From: the human T2T-CHM13v2.0 reference genome, Homo sapiens
Assembly (NCBI RefSeq): GCF_009914755.1
Contig: NC_060933.1
DNA: 64,000 bases
Direction: 5' to 3' (one strand)
Shown piece by piece: positions 29,006 to 41,520 of this stretch. The position numbers and the translations under genes are program-made. The notes below the pieces were generated by a model. That model was not told where the DNA came from, did not search any database, and was given only the letters and a program-made list of their open reading frames with translations. Every line of letters starts with the position of its first letter. Position 1 is the stretch's first letter.

Positions 29006-29373
29006 AAATCTATAGGATAGAAAGGCACAGGTTTCAAAGCAGCTAAAGCAAACTTGAAAAAGATTTAAGTGGGAGGATTCATTCTACCTGGTAGCAAGTC
29101 TTACAATATAGCTACATTAATCAGGAAAATATGATGTCAGCAGAGATTGATACACACATGGATTAATGGAACAGAATAAAGAACCCACAAATAGACCTAC
29201 ACAAATATGTCTAACCAATTTTTGACAAAGGTGCAAAAGCAATTCATTGGAGGAGTGGATAGCTTTTTCATGAAATGATGCTAGAGTAATAGGACATCCA
29301 TAAGAAAATAAATACATGACCTTCAACCTAAACCTCATGTGTCATACAAAAAAATAATTTAAAATAGATCACA

Positions 29374-29680
29374 GCTGGTCATGGTGGCTCACACCTGCAA
29401 TCCTAGCACTTTGGGAGGCTGAGGTGGAAGGATAACTTGAGGCTAGGAGTTAGAGACCAGCTTGGGAAACACAGCAAGACTCTATCTCTATAAAAACAAT
29501 TTTAAAAAATAGCCAGGTATGGTGGCCACTACCTATAGTCCCAGCTACTCAGGAGACAGAGGTGGGAGGATATTTTGAGCGTAGGAGTTTAAGGCTACAG
29601 TGAGTCATGATGTCACCATTGCACGCCAGCCTGTGTGACAGAGCAAGACTCTGTCTCAAAATAAACAAAATAAAATAATA
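29374..29680 (+). mobile_element. AluJ
   Basis: Degenerate dimeric Alu with J-type GGAGGATA and TCTATAAAAA linker; TSD AAAATAGATCACA (29361-73) / AAAATGGATTACA (29813-25). Confidence 0.9.
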
Positions 29681-29710
29681 TGGTACAGCATAATAAAATA
29701 AAATAAAAAT

Positions 29711-29812
29711 GGTGCAGCAAACTACCATGGCACATGTACACCTATGTAACATACCTGTACGTTCTGCACATGTATCCCAGAACTTAAAGTATAATAAAAA
29801 AATAAATAAAAT
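29711..29812 (+). mobile_element. L1PA (about PA7-10) extreme 3' tip
   Basis: GGTGCAGCAAACTACCATGGCACATGTACACCTATGTAACATACCTGTACGTTCTGCACATGTATCCCAGAACTTAAAGTATAATAAAA. Confidence 0.9.
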
Positions 29813-31469
29813 AAAATGGATTACAGATATATATGTAAAATTTAAAACTATAAAAGTTTTAGGGAAAAATGAGAGAAATCTTTGAGGTCTTGGGCTAGGC
29901 AATGAATTCTAGCCTTGAAACCAAAAGCAGAACCCATAAAAGAAAAATTTGATCAATTGAATCTTATCAAAATTAAACATTTTTCTTCTTTAAAAAAACC
30001 CTGTGAAGAAGCTATAAAGCAGACTTGGTAAAAATATTTGCACACCTCATATCTGACAAATAACTGTTACTGAGAATACATAAAGAACTCTCAAAACCCC
30101 CAAGTAAAAAAATAAACAATTCAATTAGAAAATCTGCAAAGACACAGACATTTTACTAAAGAAGAAATAGAGGTGGCAGATAAGCACATGAAAAGATGTT
30201 CAAACGTAATTCGCCATCAGGGAAATGCAAATTAAAACCACAATGAGCTGTCACTACACATCTGTCAGGATGGTGAAAATAAATAATAGCAATAATACTA
30301 AATGCTAGTAAGGATGGAGAAAAACCGGGATTCATTGCAGATGGGAATATAAAAGTGCATAGTTACTCTGGAAAATAGTTTGTCAATGTCTCATAGAACT
30401 AAACATCAGCTATTATATAGACTAACAATTGCATTACTAGGTCCTTATCCTAGAGAAATGAAAATAAGTTCACCCAAAAAAACCTGTGCATGAGTATTCA
30501 CGGCAACTTTATTCATAAGAGCCCCAAAGTGGAAACAACCCAGATGTCCTTCAACAGGTGGCATGTTAAGCCAACTGTGGAATACTACTTAGCAGTGAAA
30601 AAGAAACAAATTTTTGATGTATGCAACAACTTGGAAATGTCTCCAGGGGATGATGCTGAGTAAAAAAAAAAAAAAAAGTCAAACTCAAAAGATTACATTC
30701 TGTATGAGTTCATTTATATTAAACATTTGGAAAGACAAAACTTTAGAAATGGAGAACAGATTAGTGGCCACTAGGCCTTAGGGGTAGGGAAGGGAAGATG
30801 CAGGAGGGAGAGAAGGCGTAGTTATAAAAAGGGTGACCCAAAAGGTCCTTGTGGGGATGGAACTCCTCTGCTTCTTGACTGCGGTGTGGTTACATGAACA
30901 TACACATGATAAAATTGTATAAAACTAAATACACACACAAATGAATGTAAGTGAAACTTGGGAAATATGAATGAGAGTGGTGGATTGTACAATGTCAATG
31001 TCCTGGTTGTGAAATTATACTATGATTTTGCAAGATGCAAAATGTATCATTGGGAGAAATCAGGGAAAGGATACACGAGATCTTTTCATATTATTTCTTA
31101 CAATTGTATGTAAATGTAGAATTAGCTCAAAAATATTAAAAAACATATAAATAAAAACACAAAATACTTTCTCAATAAATTTGAGAGAAAAGATGTGTGT
31201 GCATATATACATGTGTATGTATATACACCTAGGCATACCCATTGGGACAGAGGGGCCAAGTATCAAGAACTGAGTCACTATCAGGATCTGGAAAAGAAAT
31301 AATAAAGTAGATGCAAAGAATAAAGTAGATCAGAGAAGGAGAAGTAGTACTGGGTGAGGCAAAGGGAGATTTGAAGGAGGTGTTAACAAGCTTTTACTTA
31401 AGCAGGGATAAAAATCCAGGCTAGGTATATCATGATGTCTTCTTGAGCAGAATACATCACTACCCAAAA

Positions 31470-31712
31470 TATGTGGTAGAGTATAATTCTTATGAGTGTG
31501 AGCTCTAAAACTGACTTGCTGAGATTCAACATCGACTCTGTTTACTCTTAGCAGTATTACTTTGGGCAAGTTATCGAAACTTCTCTATGCCTCAGGTCTT
31601 CCTAATACATGAATCACCTAGGGTTTTGTTAGGAGGGTTAAATAAGTTAATGCCTATAAAAAGCTTAGAAAAGTTCTTGGCATTCAGTCAGTCTTAGCCA
31701 ACTGTATTATCT
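31470..31712 (+). mobile_element. MIR
   Basis: CTTTGGGCAAGTTATCGAAACTTCTCTATGCCTCAG core; AAAGCTTAGAAAAGTTCTTGGCA 3' part. Confidence 0.8.
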
Positions 31713-34300
31713 GCCAGCAGCTCATTTATCAGAGATGATAGCATAACGGTAAGTTTCCTACTTTTTCCTTGTTATTTATTGTGTTCTGATGCTTTGACTA
31801 TCTGAAATCATCCCACAGTGTCTGGAGGACCTGATCCTCTGTATCTCTAATTTCTAAAGCTGTTTGAAAAAAAGGGAAGGAGCACAGTAGTGTGTAGGTG
31901 GCTGCTTACCCATCCAGATACACACAATGCTGCTTGGAGAGGGAAACTGGTTCACCAATACCTCTCACTGAACCCTGTCTCTTTGTAGCCTTGATTTACA
32001 ACATACCATTGTAATGTGAATCTAACACAAGTTAGTAATGATTCTGTAGTTTCTTCACCCCCTTGGCAATGTATTTATTTCTTACCAAAGTAAAAATGTA
32101 TCATAGGTAATGCAATACTCATTCCCCCAAATAGAAGCTATAATAATCACTTTCCAGCCTCCTTGATTAAATTTCATCTTATTTTGCAATTCCCTTTACT
32201 AATGAAGATTGACAGATAGTAATGATCTAGACAGATGTTGTCAGCTCTAAAACATCTACAGACTCGTTCTGCTTCTCCGAGTGGTGCAGAAGTAGCTAGC
32301 TACTGAAGTAGCCCTGAAGTCTATATAACAACAGCTGTGAAGAACTCCACTGTGCGACAGCCTGAGCTTCACTGGCAAGGAACACATGATTCATCGGAAA
32401 GAAGTAATTTTCTTAAACGTATGGGCATGAAATATGTAAGACTCATACTTCAGAATGAACTATAATATGATCTCTCCTAGGGAAAATACCATTTCTGTAA
32501 TACCGTACATTTCTTATTAATAAAGACAAGCATTGATTTAGCAGCCATCACTGTTGGTACAATATACACAATATGTAGCGCGCAGAAACAAAAAGCCAGA
32601 TGGAGGGCAGGTAACTCTGTTCTGGAATTTCAGCTTGCATCCAACAGAGAAAATGAGTTTGGGTTTTTTTCCTGCTTCTAAGATAGTAGAGAGCAGTCTT
32701 CAGCCTGGGCCCTGTTCCTAAGAGCCTGCTCCAAGATGTCCAACTAAACACAGCCAGGAGGAACATCTCCCACTGAGGGAACAGGACACCAGGAAGACTG
32801 GTGAACTCAGAGGAAAGGCATTGAGAGCAGATGAAGGGAAGACATAGATGCTGGGCTGAAGAGGGAGGCTGCCGGGAACTGAAACTCACTGCTGGTCCCC
32901 AGTGACTACTGCAGAAGGGGTGAGCTGAACAGGCAAGGAGCAACCTGCTCTTACCATGGGCCTCTGGAATCCCAGCAGGAGGAGACCTCTAATCTGCCAT
33001 GGACACTTGTACTGGCAGGGAAAGTTGCCTAGAGAAGTAGTCGGGGCAGAACTGCAGCCAGTGCAGAGTCCAGAAGGTTTGGTGTGGGAGTATCTATAGT
33101 GGAGCATGGCCAGGAGTGCCCATTCCCTTAGGCACAACTTGCTCCCACAGAAGACTTTAGCCCTAGGGGATCTGTCAGTCCTGCACTCTGCAGGGCAGTC
33201 TTGCGCATCAGATGGGGCAGGTCTGACCTGAGCGCCCCTCCATCTGCTGGCCTCTCCCAGGGCCCCAGCCTGGCTGCACCTGCATGCAGTGCAGCCACCT
33301 GGTACCTCCTGGGGGCCCACATCATAGCTGCTGTGCTGGCAGACCATGCTTGACCAGCAGAGTGCTCCAGCAGAGCAGCCCCGATGAACACGCACCAGCC
33401 TGCCCATTCCCTCTGCTGCCTTTGCCTTCATGTACTCGCCCATGGCCACCACCCACATTGTTTTCCTGGCAGCCATGTTTGCAGAGGAACTCTTCCTTCC
33501 CTTCCCTGCCATCATGTGTGTGCGTGTGCACTCTGCCATGCCACTGCTGGGCGTAAATGAACCCCACCATTCCTCCTATCACCTCATAGCCATTGCCATG
33601 GGAGCACTGGTGGGCTCGAAGCCCACCAGCCCTGCCCACTCCAGTGCTCTGCCCCTGTGCTGACGCTGACACCGGTGCAAAGAAAACAGTGGACTCCCCT
33701 GCACCCTAAGCGGCCACCACTGCCAGTGTGAATGTGCACAGAGGGAGCACACAATCCTGTGCCCATCAGTGTCCCGCCATCATTCTAACACCACCACTGG
33801 CACCAACACACACACAGTCGCAGGTGGGGGACCCTGGCCCCCCAAGTTGTACTGCCACCACAGATGCTGCATGGTGGCTGGGGCTCTGGCACCTACAGCA
33901 CCCTGCTGCTGCTGCTGAGCACGCACCCTGCTGCACTGCTGCTGCCACTGCTTGTGGCACATGCAAACAAGGATGAATCCTGCTGCCACCACCCTATGAA
34001 GTACTTTGTGGCTGCCACCACCCATCAAAGTGTTGTGACCAGCAGTCTGGGAGCACCTCAGCCCCTCCAGTGCAGAAGGTTCCTAACCTCAAGGAGCTAG
34101 ATAACAAAGCCAGGGCCCAATATCAGTCCCCCAGAGTAAGAGCATACTGTCTAGGAGCCCTGAGCTGAGCCTTGACCCCCTCAAATCTTCCAGTAGTGAA
34201 GCTAGTCCACTGACCACCTTATACCATCATCAAACCCCCAAGGTCATGGACTAGGGTAAAAGAAAAATAAAATCCATCCAAAGGACAGCAACTTCAAAGA

Positions 34301-35330
34301 ATGAAGGAACGTCTGCCTACAAAGATAAGAAAGAACCACCACAAGAACTTAAAAAGCCAGAGGGTCTTCTTTTCTCCAAACAAACACACTAGTTCTCCAG
34401 CAAGGGTTCTTAACTGGGCTGAGATGGATGAAATGACAGAAATAGAACTCAGAATATGGATAGGAATGAAGATAATTAAGATTCAGGAGAATACTGAAAT
34501 CCAATGTAAGGAAGCTAAGAATCACAATAAAATGTTACAGGAGCTGACAGACAAAGTAGCCAGGATCAAAATCAACATAATCAACCTGACAGAGCTGAAA
34601 GACACTCTACAAGCATTTCATAATGCAATTGCAAGTATTAGCAGCAGAATAGACCAAGCTGAGGAAAAAATCTCAGAGCCTTGAAGACTAGCTTTTGGAA
34701 ATAAGACAGTCAGACAAGAAGAAAGAAGAAAGAATGAAAAGAAATAAACAAAAACTCTGAGAAATATGGGATTATGTAAAGAGACCAAATCTATGAATCA
34801 CTGGAATCCCTGAAAGAGATGGAGAGAATGGAAGCAACTTGGAAAACATATTTCAGGATTTCAGCCATGAAAACTTCCCCAACCTAGCTAGAGAGGCCAA
34901 CATTCAAATTCAGGAAACGCAGAAAACTTCTGCAAAATATGTCACAAGAGGATCATCCCCAAGACATAATCAGCAGATTCTCCAAGGTAGAAAAGAAAGA
35001 AAAAATGTTAAAGGCAGCTAGAGAGAAAGAACAGGTCACCTACAAAGGGAAGTCTATTAGACTAGCAGCAGGCATCTTAGCAAAAACCATACAAGCCAGA
35101 AGAGACTGGGGGCCTATATTAAACGTTCTTAAAGAAAAGAAATTCCAACCAAGAATTTCATATTCTACCAAAGTAAGCTTTATAAGTGAAGGAGAGAAAT
35201 AAGGTCCTTTTCAGACAAGCAAATGCTGAGGGAATTCCATACCACCAGACTTGCCGTATAAGAGCCCCTGAAAGAAGCAATAAATATGGAAAGAAAAGAT
35301 TGTTACCAGCCACTACAAAAACGCACCTAC
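34301..35330 (+). pseudogene. Disrupted L1 ORF1p remnant
   Basis: ORFs 34301-34684 (coiled coil, ISSRIDQAEEKISE), 34839-35021 (ENFPNLAREANIQIQE) and 34939-35202 (KAAREKEQVTYKGKSIRL...QARRDWGPI) in different frames. Confidence 0.9.
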
Positions 35331-35392
35331 ACACATCAGTGATACTATAAAGCAACCACACAAACAAATTAGCATAACAAAGAGCTAACAGC

Positions 35393-36163
35393 ATGCTGAC
35401 ATTATCAAATCCACATGTATCAATACTAACCTTGAATGCAAATGGACTAAATGCCCCAATTAAATGGCACAGAGCAGCAAGTTACATAAATAACCAAAAC
35501 CTAGTGATATGCTATCTTCAAGAGACCCATCTTAAATGCAATGACACACATAGGCTCAAAATAAAGGGATCATGAAAAATCTACCAAATGAAAAAAAAAA
35601 AAAAGCAGGAATTACAATCCTTACTTCAGACAAAACAGACTTTAAACCAGCAAAGATCAAAAATGATTAAAAAGGGCATTCCATAAGGGTAAAGGGTTCA
35701 ATTCAGCAAGAACTAACTATTCTAAATATATATGCACCCACCACATGAGCACCCAGATTCATAAAGCAAGTTCTTAGAGACCTTGAAAGAGAGACTTCAA
35801 CACCCCACTGACAGTGTTAGACAGATCATTAAGGGAGAAAACTAACAAAAGTATTCAGGACCTGAGCTCAACACTAAACCAAATAGACCTGATAGACACC
35901 TACAGAACTCTCTATTACAAAACAACAGAATATACATTCTTTTCATTGCCACATGGCATGTATTCTAAAATTGACCACACAATTGGACACAAAACAATGC
36001 TCAGCAAATGTAAAAAATTGAAATTATACCAACCACTCTCAGACCACAGAACAAAAAAAAAAACTTTTTGGTTAATTATGAAATTAAGGCAGTAACCAAG
36101 AAGTCCTTTGAAATTAATGAGAACGAAGATACATCATACCAGAATCTCTGGGATATAGCTAAG
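35393..36163 (+). pseudogene. Disrupted L1 ORF2p endonuclease remnant
   Basis: SILTLNANGLNAPIK...YLQETHL and DLIDTYRTLY...YSKIDH motifs, broken by stops and frameshifts. Confidence 0.9.
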
Positions 36164-37242
36164 AAATTAGTGTATTTTTATCACTATCCAAATTCACAGA
36201 CCTAAACTTAATGCTTAAAATATTTGAGTGTCTGAGGATTCCAGATAAAGAACTCTTAACCTGTAATAAGACCAAAGTACTCACATGAAGAGAGAATAAA
36301 AGATAAAATACTAATAAAAATAAACTTAAATGGAGGAATTATTTAATATGCTCTGTGTATGCTTGGATTTCTAGTGCCAAAGATGTACCCAATTCAGTGT
36401 GGAGTAAAGGCTACATCTTGAAAGATGAACAAAAAATAAAATAACACCAAATTAAGATATAAATATTTTTCTCAATAAGAAGTCTGAGATTTATTTGTTC
36501 CAAATTTAAATGTTACATGAAATATGATACAGGAAAGGAAATACCATGATAATGTATAGACAATCTAAGCTTATGACAGAAAGAAGAAAATCAATAGATA
36601 TTTCAGTACATATGTTCTTGAGAGTAGTCCTTCAGGCATTATAAAATCTTTATGAATCAACATTTATAATGATGTAATATGAGAGACCTTCAGCAAAAAA
36701 CTGTATCAAGTTTTTTGGGTCCTTATATAGATATGTGCTCAAATGCCAATATTATAGATATTAATAACAAATAAACAGATAACTGGAATTTAGGAAAGAA
36801 TATTTCACAGGAAAATTATAGGAGAATTAGGGCAATGACATTGCTTTGGTGGACTGCTCGTATTTGAGTCAGGTACCAGTACACAGACTGACCCCTGAGC
36901 CAAAAGGAGCTACTCAAGGGGTCCAAGTACGTGAAATCACATATTGAGGATTTCTATAAAGACAAAATGTCAGATTCACATTCTCTTTCAACTGACTCAT
37001 ATACCTTTAAATAAAGTATAAGATCTCTAAGTATACACAGACAAATATTAATATATATTCATCGTGGTTATCTTAGGCTCAGGAAATATATTTCATTTCT
37101 TACTTTTGCTTATATTTTGTAAAGTTTGTTTAATAAACATATGCTACTTTTATAGTTAGAGAAAGTTGTTTAAATTATTTAAAAATATTTTGCCATTGCA
37201 AATTATTTCAATCCTAAATTTTAATGAAGTTTAAAGATTGCA

Positions 37243-37587
<345 letters not shown>

Positions 37588-38149
37588 CTAAATGACATTT
37601 TAAGAATATAAAATATTATTTTATATAGATAAGGTTATTAATTTGGGAATTTAGTGCAGCAATTATGCTAGCTTTGTCACAACAAATAAATGTATTAATC
37701 TGTAAAAGCAAATTTATGAATCCACACTTAGGATTTAGTCAATGATATTTGGCAGTTTTACCTGGGCTACAAAGACTAACTAAATTTAAAGCTATTTCTC
37801 CCAGAGCTTTTCATTTTAATTCTTGCATTTATTATGCTGATATTGACATGAGACATATGAATCAAAATTACTCAGGGTATTCATTGGTTATCAATAAAAT
37901 TATTTGAGTCAAATGTTGAAATGTTGAACTTATGGGATTTGGGGGTTTATTTCAGCATTTCTGTATATTTTAGCCTTTTCTAGATAATATCTTGGGCTGC
38001 TACTGCTCCTCACTGCAGAATTAAAATGCTGCAACCACATTAAGTCACATGGTCTCACTAAATGTCTGAAAAATTAACATTTTTAATATTATAATTCTCA
38101 CTTTAAAGATGAAAAAAACAAGATACTTAATGAGAGTTTAGGAAAGATG

Positions 38150-38270
38150 TTCATTCATTCTTTCAACTCACACATATACATTGAATGCCAAACAAATTAT
38201 TAGGTGCTAGATATAGTCTGATGAGCAAGACCAACATGGTCTCTGCCCTTGCAGTGCTTAAAATTAGATT
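38150..38270 (-). mobile_element. L2 3' end
   Basis: TTCATTCATTC...ACATTGAATGCC...CATGGTCTCTGCCCTTGCAGTGCTTA. Confidence 0.65.
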
Positions 38271-38274
38271 GCTA

Positions 38275-38490
38275 TAGTAGTAAGACAGCAGAATTATGGT
38301 TAGCCTCATTTGAGTTTGAATATCGGTTCTACCTCATAATTCTCACTAAACTTTTCTAAGCATCAACTTCTTCATTTATAATAAGATAGTGACAACTCCT
38401 TGGTCAGGTTGCTATCGAGAATGGAGGCATTACAGATGAGATATATAGCATAGTAATCAGCATGCAGTGATACCTAAGAAAGCCAGATAC
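38275..38490 (+). mobile_element. MIR (degenerate)
   Basis: GAGTTTGAATATCGGTTCTACC and CTAAGCATCAACTTCTTCATTTATAA. Confidence 0.5.
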
Positions 38491-38888
38491 CTGACATAAA
38501 GTAGATATTTAAGAAAGCATGCCCACTATTGCTATGTTTGTGTTTTCTGTTGGTAATATTTTTAGTAATATTAAAAAATATCATGCCAATTTATATTCCA
38601 CTAAGACCACAGAATTTCCCACTTCTGAGATCATGGGAGATTTATACATTCCCTTTTTATATGTAAAAATCTCAACTTCAGGGTCAAGGCTGGAGCCATT
38701 GGGGTAATCCTACCCTAAATGTGTTTGGCCACTAATATTTTCACAGAATATATTTCATGAATCATAATTTGAAAGCCATTAAAATTTGACACTTCATACT
38801 TATTGTCCTAGAGGGAATAATACAATATTGGGACCCATCCAACATGTATTTACTAATATCTGGTTATATTTGCAAATATCAGGCTATA

Positions 38889-39139
38889 AATCCACCATTA
38901 AGGTTAATATATATATAATATAATAATATATAATATTATATAATATAATTATATATAATATAGATTATATATATTATATAATATAATATATATTATATTA
39001 TATAATATATAATATATAATTATATATTATATAATATTATATATATTATATTATATATATTAACCTTAATGGTGGATTATATATACTATATATTATATAA
39101 TATATTATATATACTATATATTATATAATATAATATATA
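38889..39139. repeat. AT-rich repeat forming a ~190-bp quasi-palindrome (38889-39078) plus trailing AT repeat
   Basis: AATCCACCATTAAGGTTAA (38889-38907) is the exact reverse complement of TTAACCTTAATGGTGGATT (39060-39078); interior almost entirely A/T. Confidence 0.95.
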
Positions 39140-40010
39140 GCAAGCTAATAGGACAAAAGAAAGAAGCAGAAACACTGCAGAAGTGAAGAGCAGAATAAGA
39201 GGCTAGTCATTCTAAATCTACATACATTTAATAACACTTTATTAACTAGAGATCACATAAAAGAGAGCATGATGAAAGATCTGGACCCACAGGTTAAAAA
39301 AGTGATTTCCTGAGTCCAATTAACCCACCTGAAAATGTATACATTTATTTTTTCTACCACTACACTGAGCTGTATGTGTCTATGTGTGTTTCAAATCTGT
39401 TTTATAACAGTTTTTCAGTGAGGATCCTTACTATTAGTTTTAGCATTTTACCAATGTATTTTGAGGTAGTGAGGTATTTCATTTCTTAATAAGCAAAGAC
39501 ATGCTGGATTAATCATTGAGTTTGCATTATAAAATTCCACTGGGAATAAACACACATCTAAGTTTTAAATTGTTTCAATAAGAACTTAATTGGGGAGGTT
39601 TGGAGATATATTTGTTGATTAGAGGTAGACAATTTCTAGTGTGTCAGAATATTGTCCTTTGGTATGTTATTTTGTGTAGTACATGGCTATGCATACCACC
39701 ATGGGTTCTCAACAAATATTCATTAACTGAATTTCTAGAATCTGCAAGGAAGTAACCTTTCTGCCAGATGTATTTTATATATTTGGATTAAATGTCACCT
39801 TTCTTTTTGAATTACACTCTATTATTTCCTGGACTCCATTTAGCTACCTACCTATTCATCATAGCTCCATTTACCTTGATTAAAACTCCCTGCTTTACTT
39901 AGTGCCAATTATTGATTATAAGCAGAGTTAAGTAATCAGATTCTATTTCCATCTGACTCTTTTGGCACCTATCTGATAGTTCACTGAGAAGTCATCTCTC
40001 CATCTTAAGT

Positions 40011-40138
40011 GGGCTGGGGCTTGTAGCCCTTGAAGCAAGAGGAAATGTGGTATTTAAAAAGAAAGGGTCCTAGATGGTTGGGGCTTGTAGCCCTTAAAGC
40101 AAAAGGAAATGTGGTACTTAGAGAGAAGTGGTCCTAGA
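40011..40138. repeat. Two-copy 64-bp tandem duplication
   Basis: 40011-40074 versus 40075-40138, about 9 mismatches by hand count. Confidence 0.92.
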
Positions 40139-40245
40139 CTATCAGAAAGTCAAACAGCCAGACTAAAGCGTCCTAAGTAAGATACAAGTTGTACTGAGAG
40201 CAAGGTCCCTGGGACACGGCTGCTTTTAATATACACAAGCCAGCA

Positions 40246-41090
40246 CAGTACTTCTTCACTTAATGTCATAGATAAGTTCTTGTAAACTTAGTTTAAGCAA
40301 GATGACATACATAAAAATCAATTTTACCACAGGCGAAGAGATAGAAATAAGAGTTAAGTTCCTATGGTATATTTCTGGTCACAAAAACATCACCAAACTT
40401 CTAAATAAAGACTCAAAACACTTCTAATAATAGACACTGAAATAAATTTGAACTATACATACATTTAAGATTAATAAAAACAAGTAAGAGTATTATTTAC
40501 CCAAGTTTTGGTGAAAAAGTGAGTGATGATGATCACAGTGGCGATGGATTAAATAAAAGAATAAATGTTTGCAAAGTCAGAATTGCACCTTCTCCTACCA
40601 TGCAGTTCAAAAACAAGAACCAATATGGCAGGCTTGCTGAGAGCTTTGGGGTTGCATGGTTTGTTGTACATTTCTATGATTATCATATACTTGATGAATT
40701 TTTATTTGATAATAATTTGCGTGCATTCATTTGTTCAGTTTCTAACTCACTTATTCCAGCTCAGGGTCACGGGTGGCCAGAACCTGTCCCAGCAGCTCAG
40801 GGCACAAGTCAGAAACCCACAGTAGTCAGGCTGCCATCCCATCACAGGGCACATTCACATACACCGACACTCACTCACACTGGGACTGTGTAGACATGCT
40901 AATGAAACTAACATGCACATCTTAGGGATGTGGGAAGAAACTGGAGTACTCAGAGAAAACCCATGCAGACATGGAGAGAATGTGCAAACTCCACATAGAC
41001 AGTGGCCCCAGCTGGGAATCAGTTTCCTTTTCTTGTCAATGTTACAACAAATCGACATGGAACAAAACAATGTTATTTGAAGACCTACTG
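40246..41090 (-). mobile_element. Full-length MER6 (TcMar-Tigger non-autonomous DNA transposon)
   Basis: Termini CAGTA...TACTG followed by TA; internal GGAGAGAATGTGCAAACTCCACATAGACAGTGGCCCC and CACCAAACTTCTAAATAAAGAC match recalled MER6. Confidence 0.9.
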
Positions 41091-41520
41091 TACTTCGAAG
41101 CCGCAATCTCTGACTGCCATGATAGCCTCATCTCAGCTCTGCTTGGCATAGTAGAGATCCAGGCAGTACTGAACTTGGTCAGGAAGTCTGGGTCATTGGC
41201 TAAATGACAGAAGGATTGGTGGGGAGTTCACATTTATTGATAATATTTATTAACTGAATATGTTTCTTTAAATTGAGCTTATTCCCAAGAAGAGGTAAAT
41301 CTTACTGTTCTATTGAGTTGACTGAAACATGGGAAAAAAGAGAGGTGAATATTTCATTCATACAATTTTAGGTGATCCTATACTGGGTTTGGGGTCACTT
41401 CTATGTGTGATATATAGGATTCAATATCTGAGATGTTAGAGGCATCCCATACCTCTAATATCTAGGGTGTAAGGGTGGGGTGTGCAGCAGTTAAATGATA
41501 TACTTGGGGGTGGAGGTGGG

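Larger units (their letters stand above)
29035..31140 (+). mobile_element. L1MD-like 3' portion (ORF2 end plus 3' UTR)
   Basis: TTTTTGACAAAGGTGCAAAAGCAATTC; 3' UTR AATGTCAATGTCCTGGTTGTGA...TATTATTTCTTACAATTGTATG. Confidence 0.85.
32720..36163 (+). mobile_element. 5' half of an L1PA15/16-like LINE-1 (GC-rich 5' UTR, ORF1, endonuclease part of ORF2); 3' part absent
   Basis: Starts CCAAGATGTCC (degenerate YY1-type L1 start); ORF1 and ORF2 remnants present; similarity stops at GGGATATAGCTAAG. Confidence 0.9.

Noticed and set aside
30781-30808. G-quadruplex candidate
   Set aside because: Ordinary G-rich tract of an L1 3' UTR with one long 11-nt loop
32291-32304. Perfect palindrome AGTAGCTAGCTACT
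   Set aside because: Several 14-bp palindromes are expected by chance in 64 kb
32886-33539. Longest ORF (217 aa, minus strand) and neighbouring overlapping ORFs
   Set aside because: Lie in the GC-rich L1 5' UTR where stop codons are scarce; no recognisable domain; not the short ORF0 of young L1PA families
34301-34684. 127-aa L1 ORF1 N-terminal ORF as a domesticated gene
   Set aside because: The rest of ORF1 is frameshifted with stops, consistent with neutral decay
36165-36265. Possible Tigger-like terminus (...CAGATAAAGAACTCTTAACCTGTA)
   Set aside because: Too short and degenerate to assign without a search
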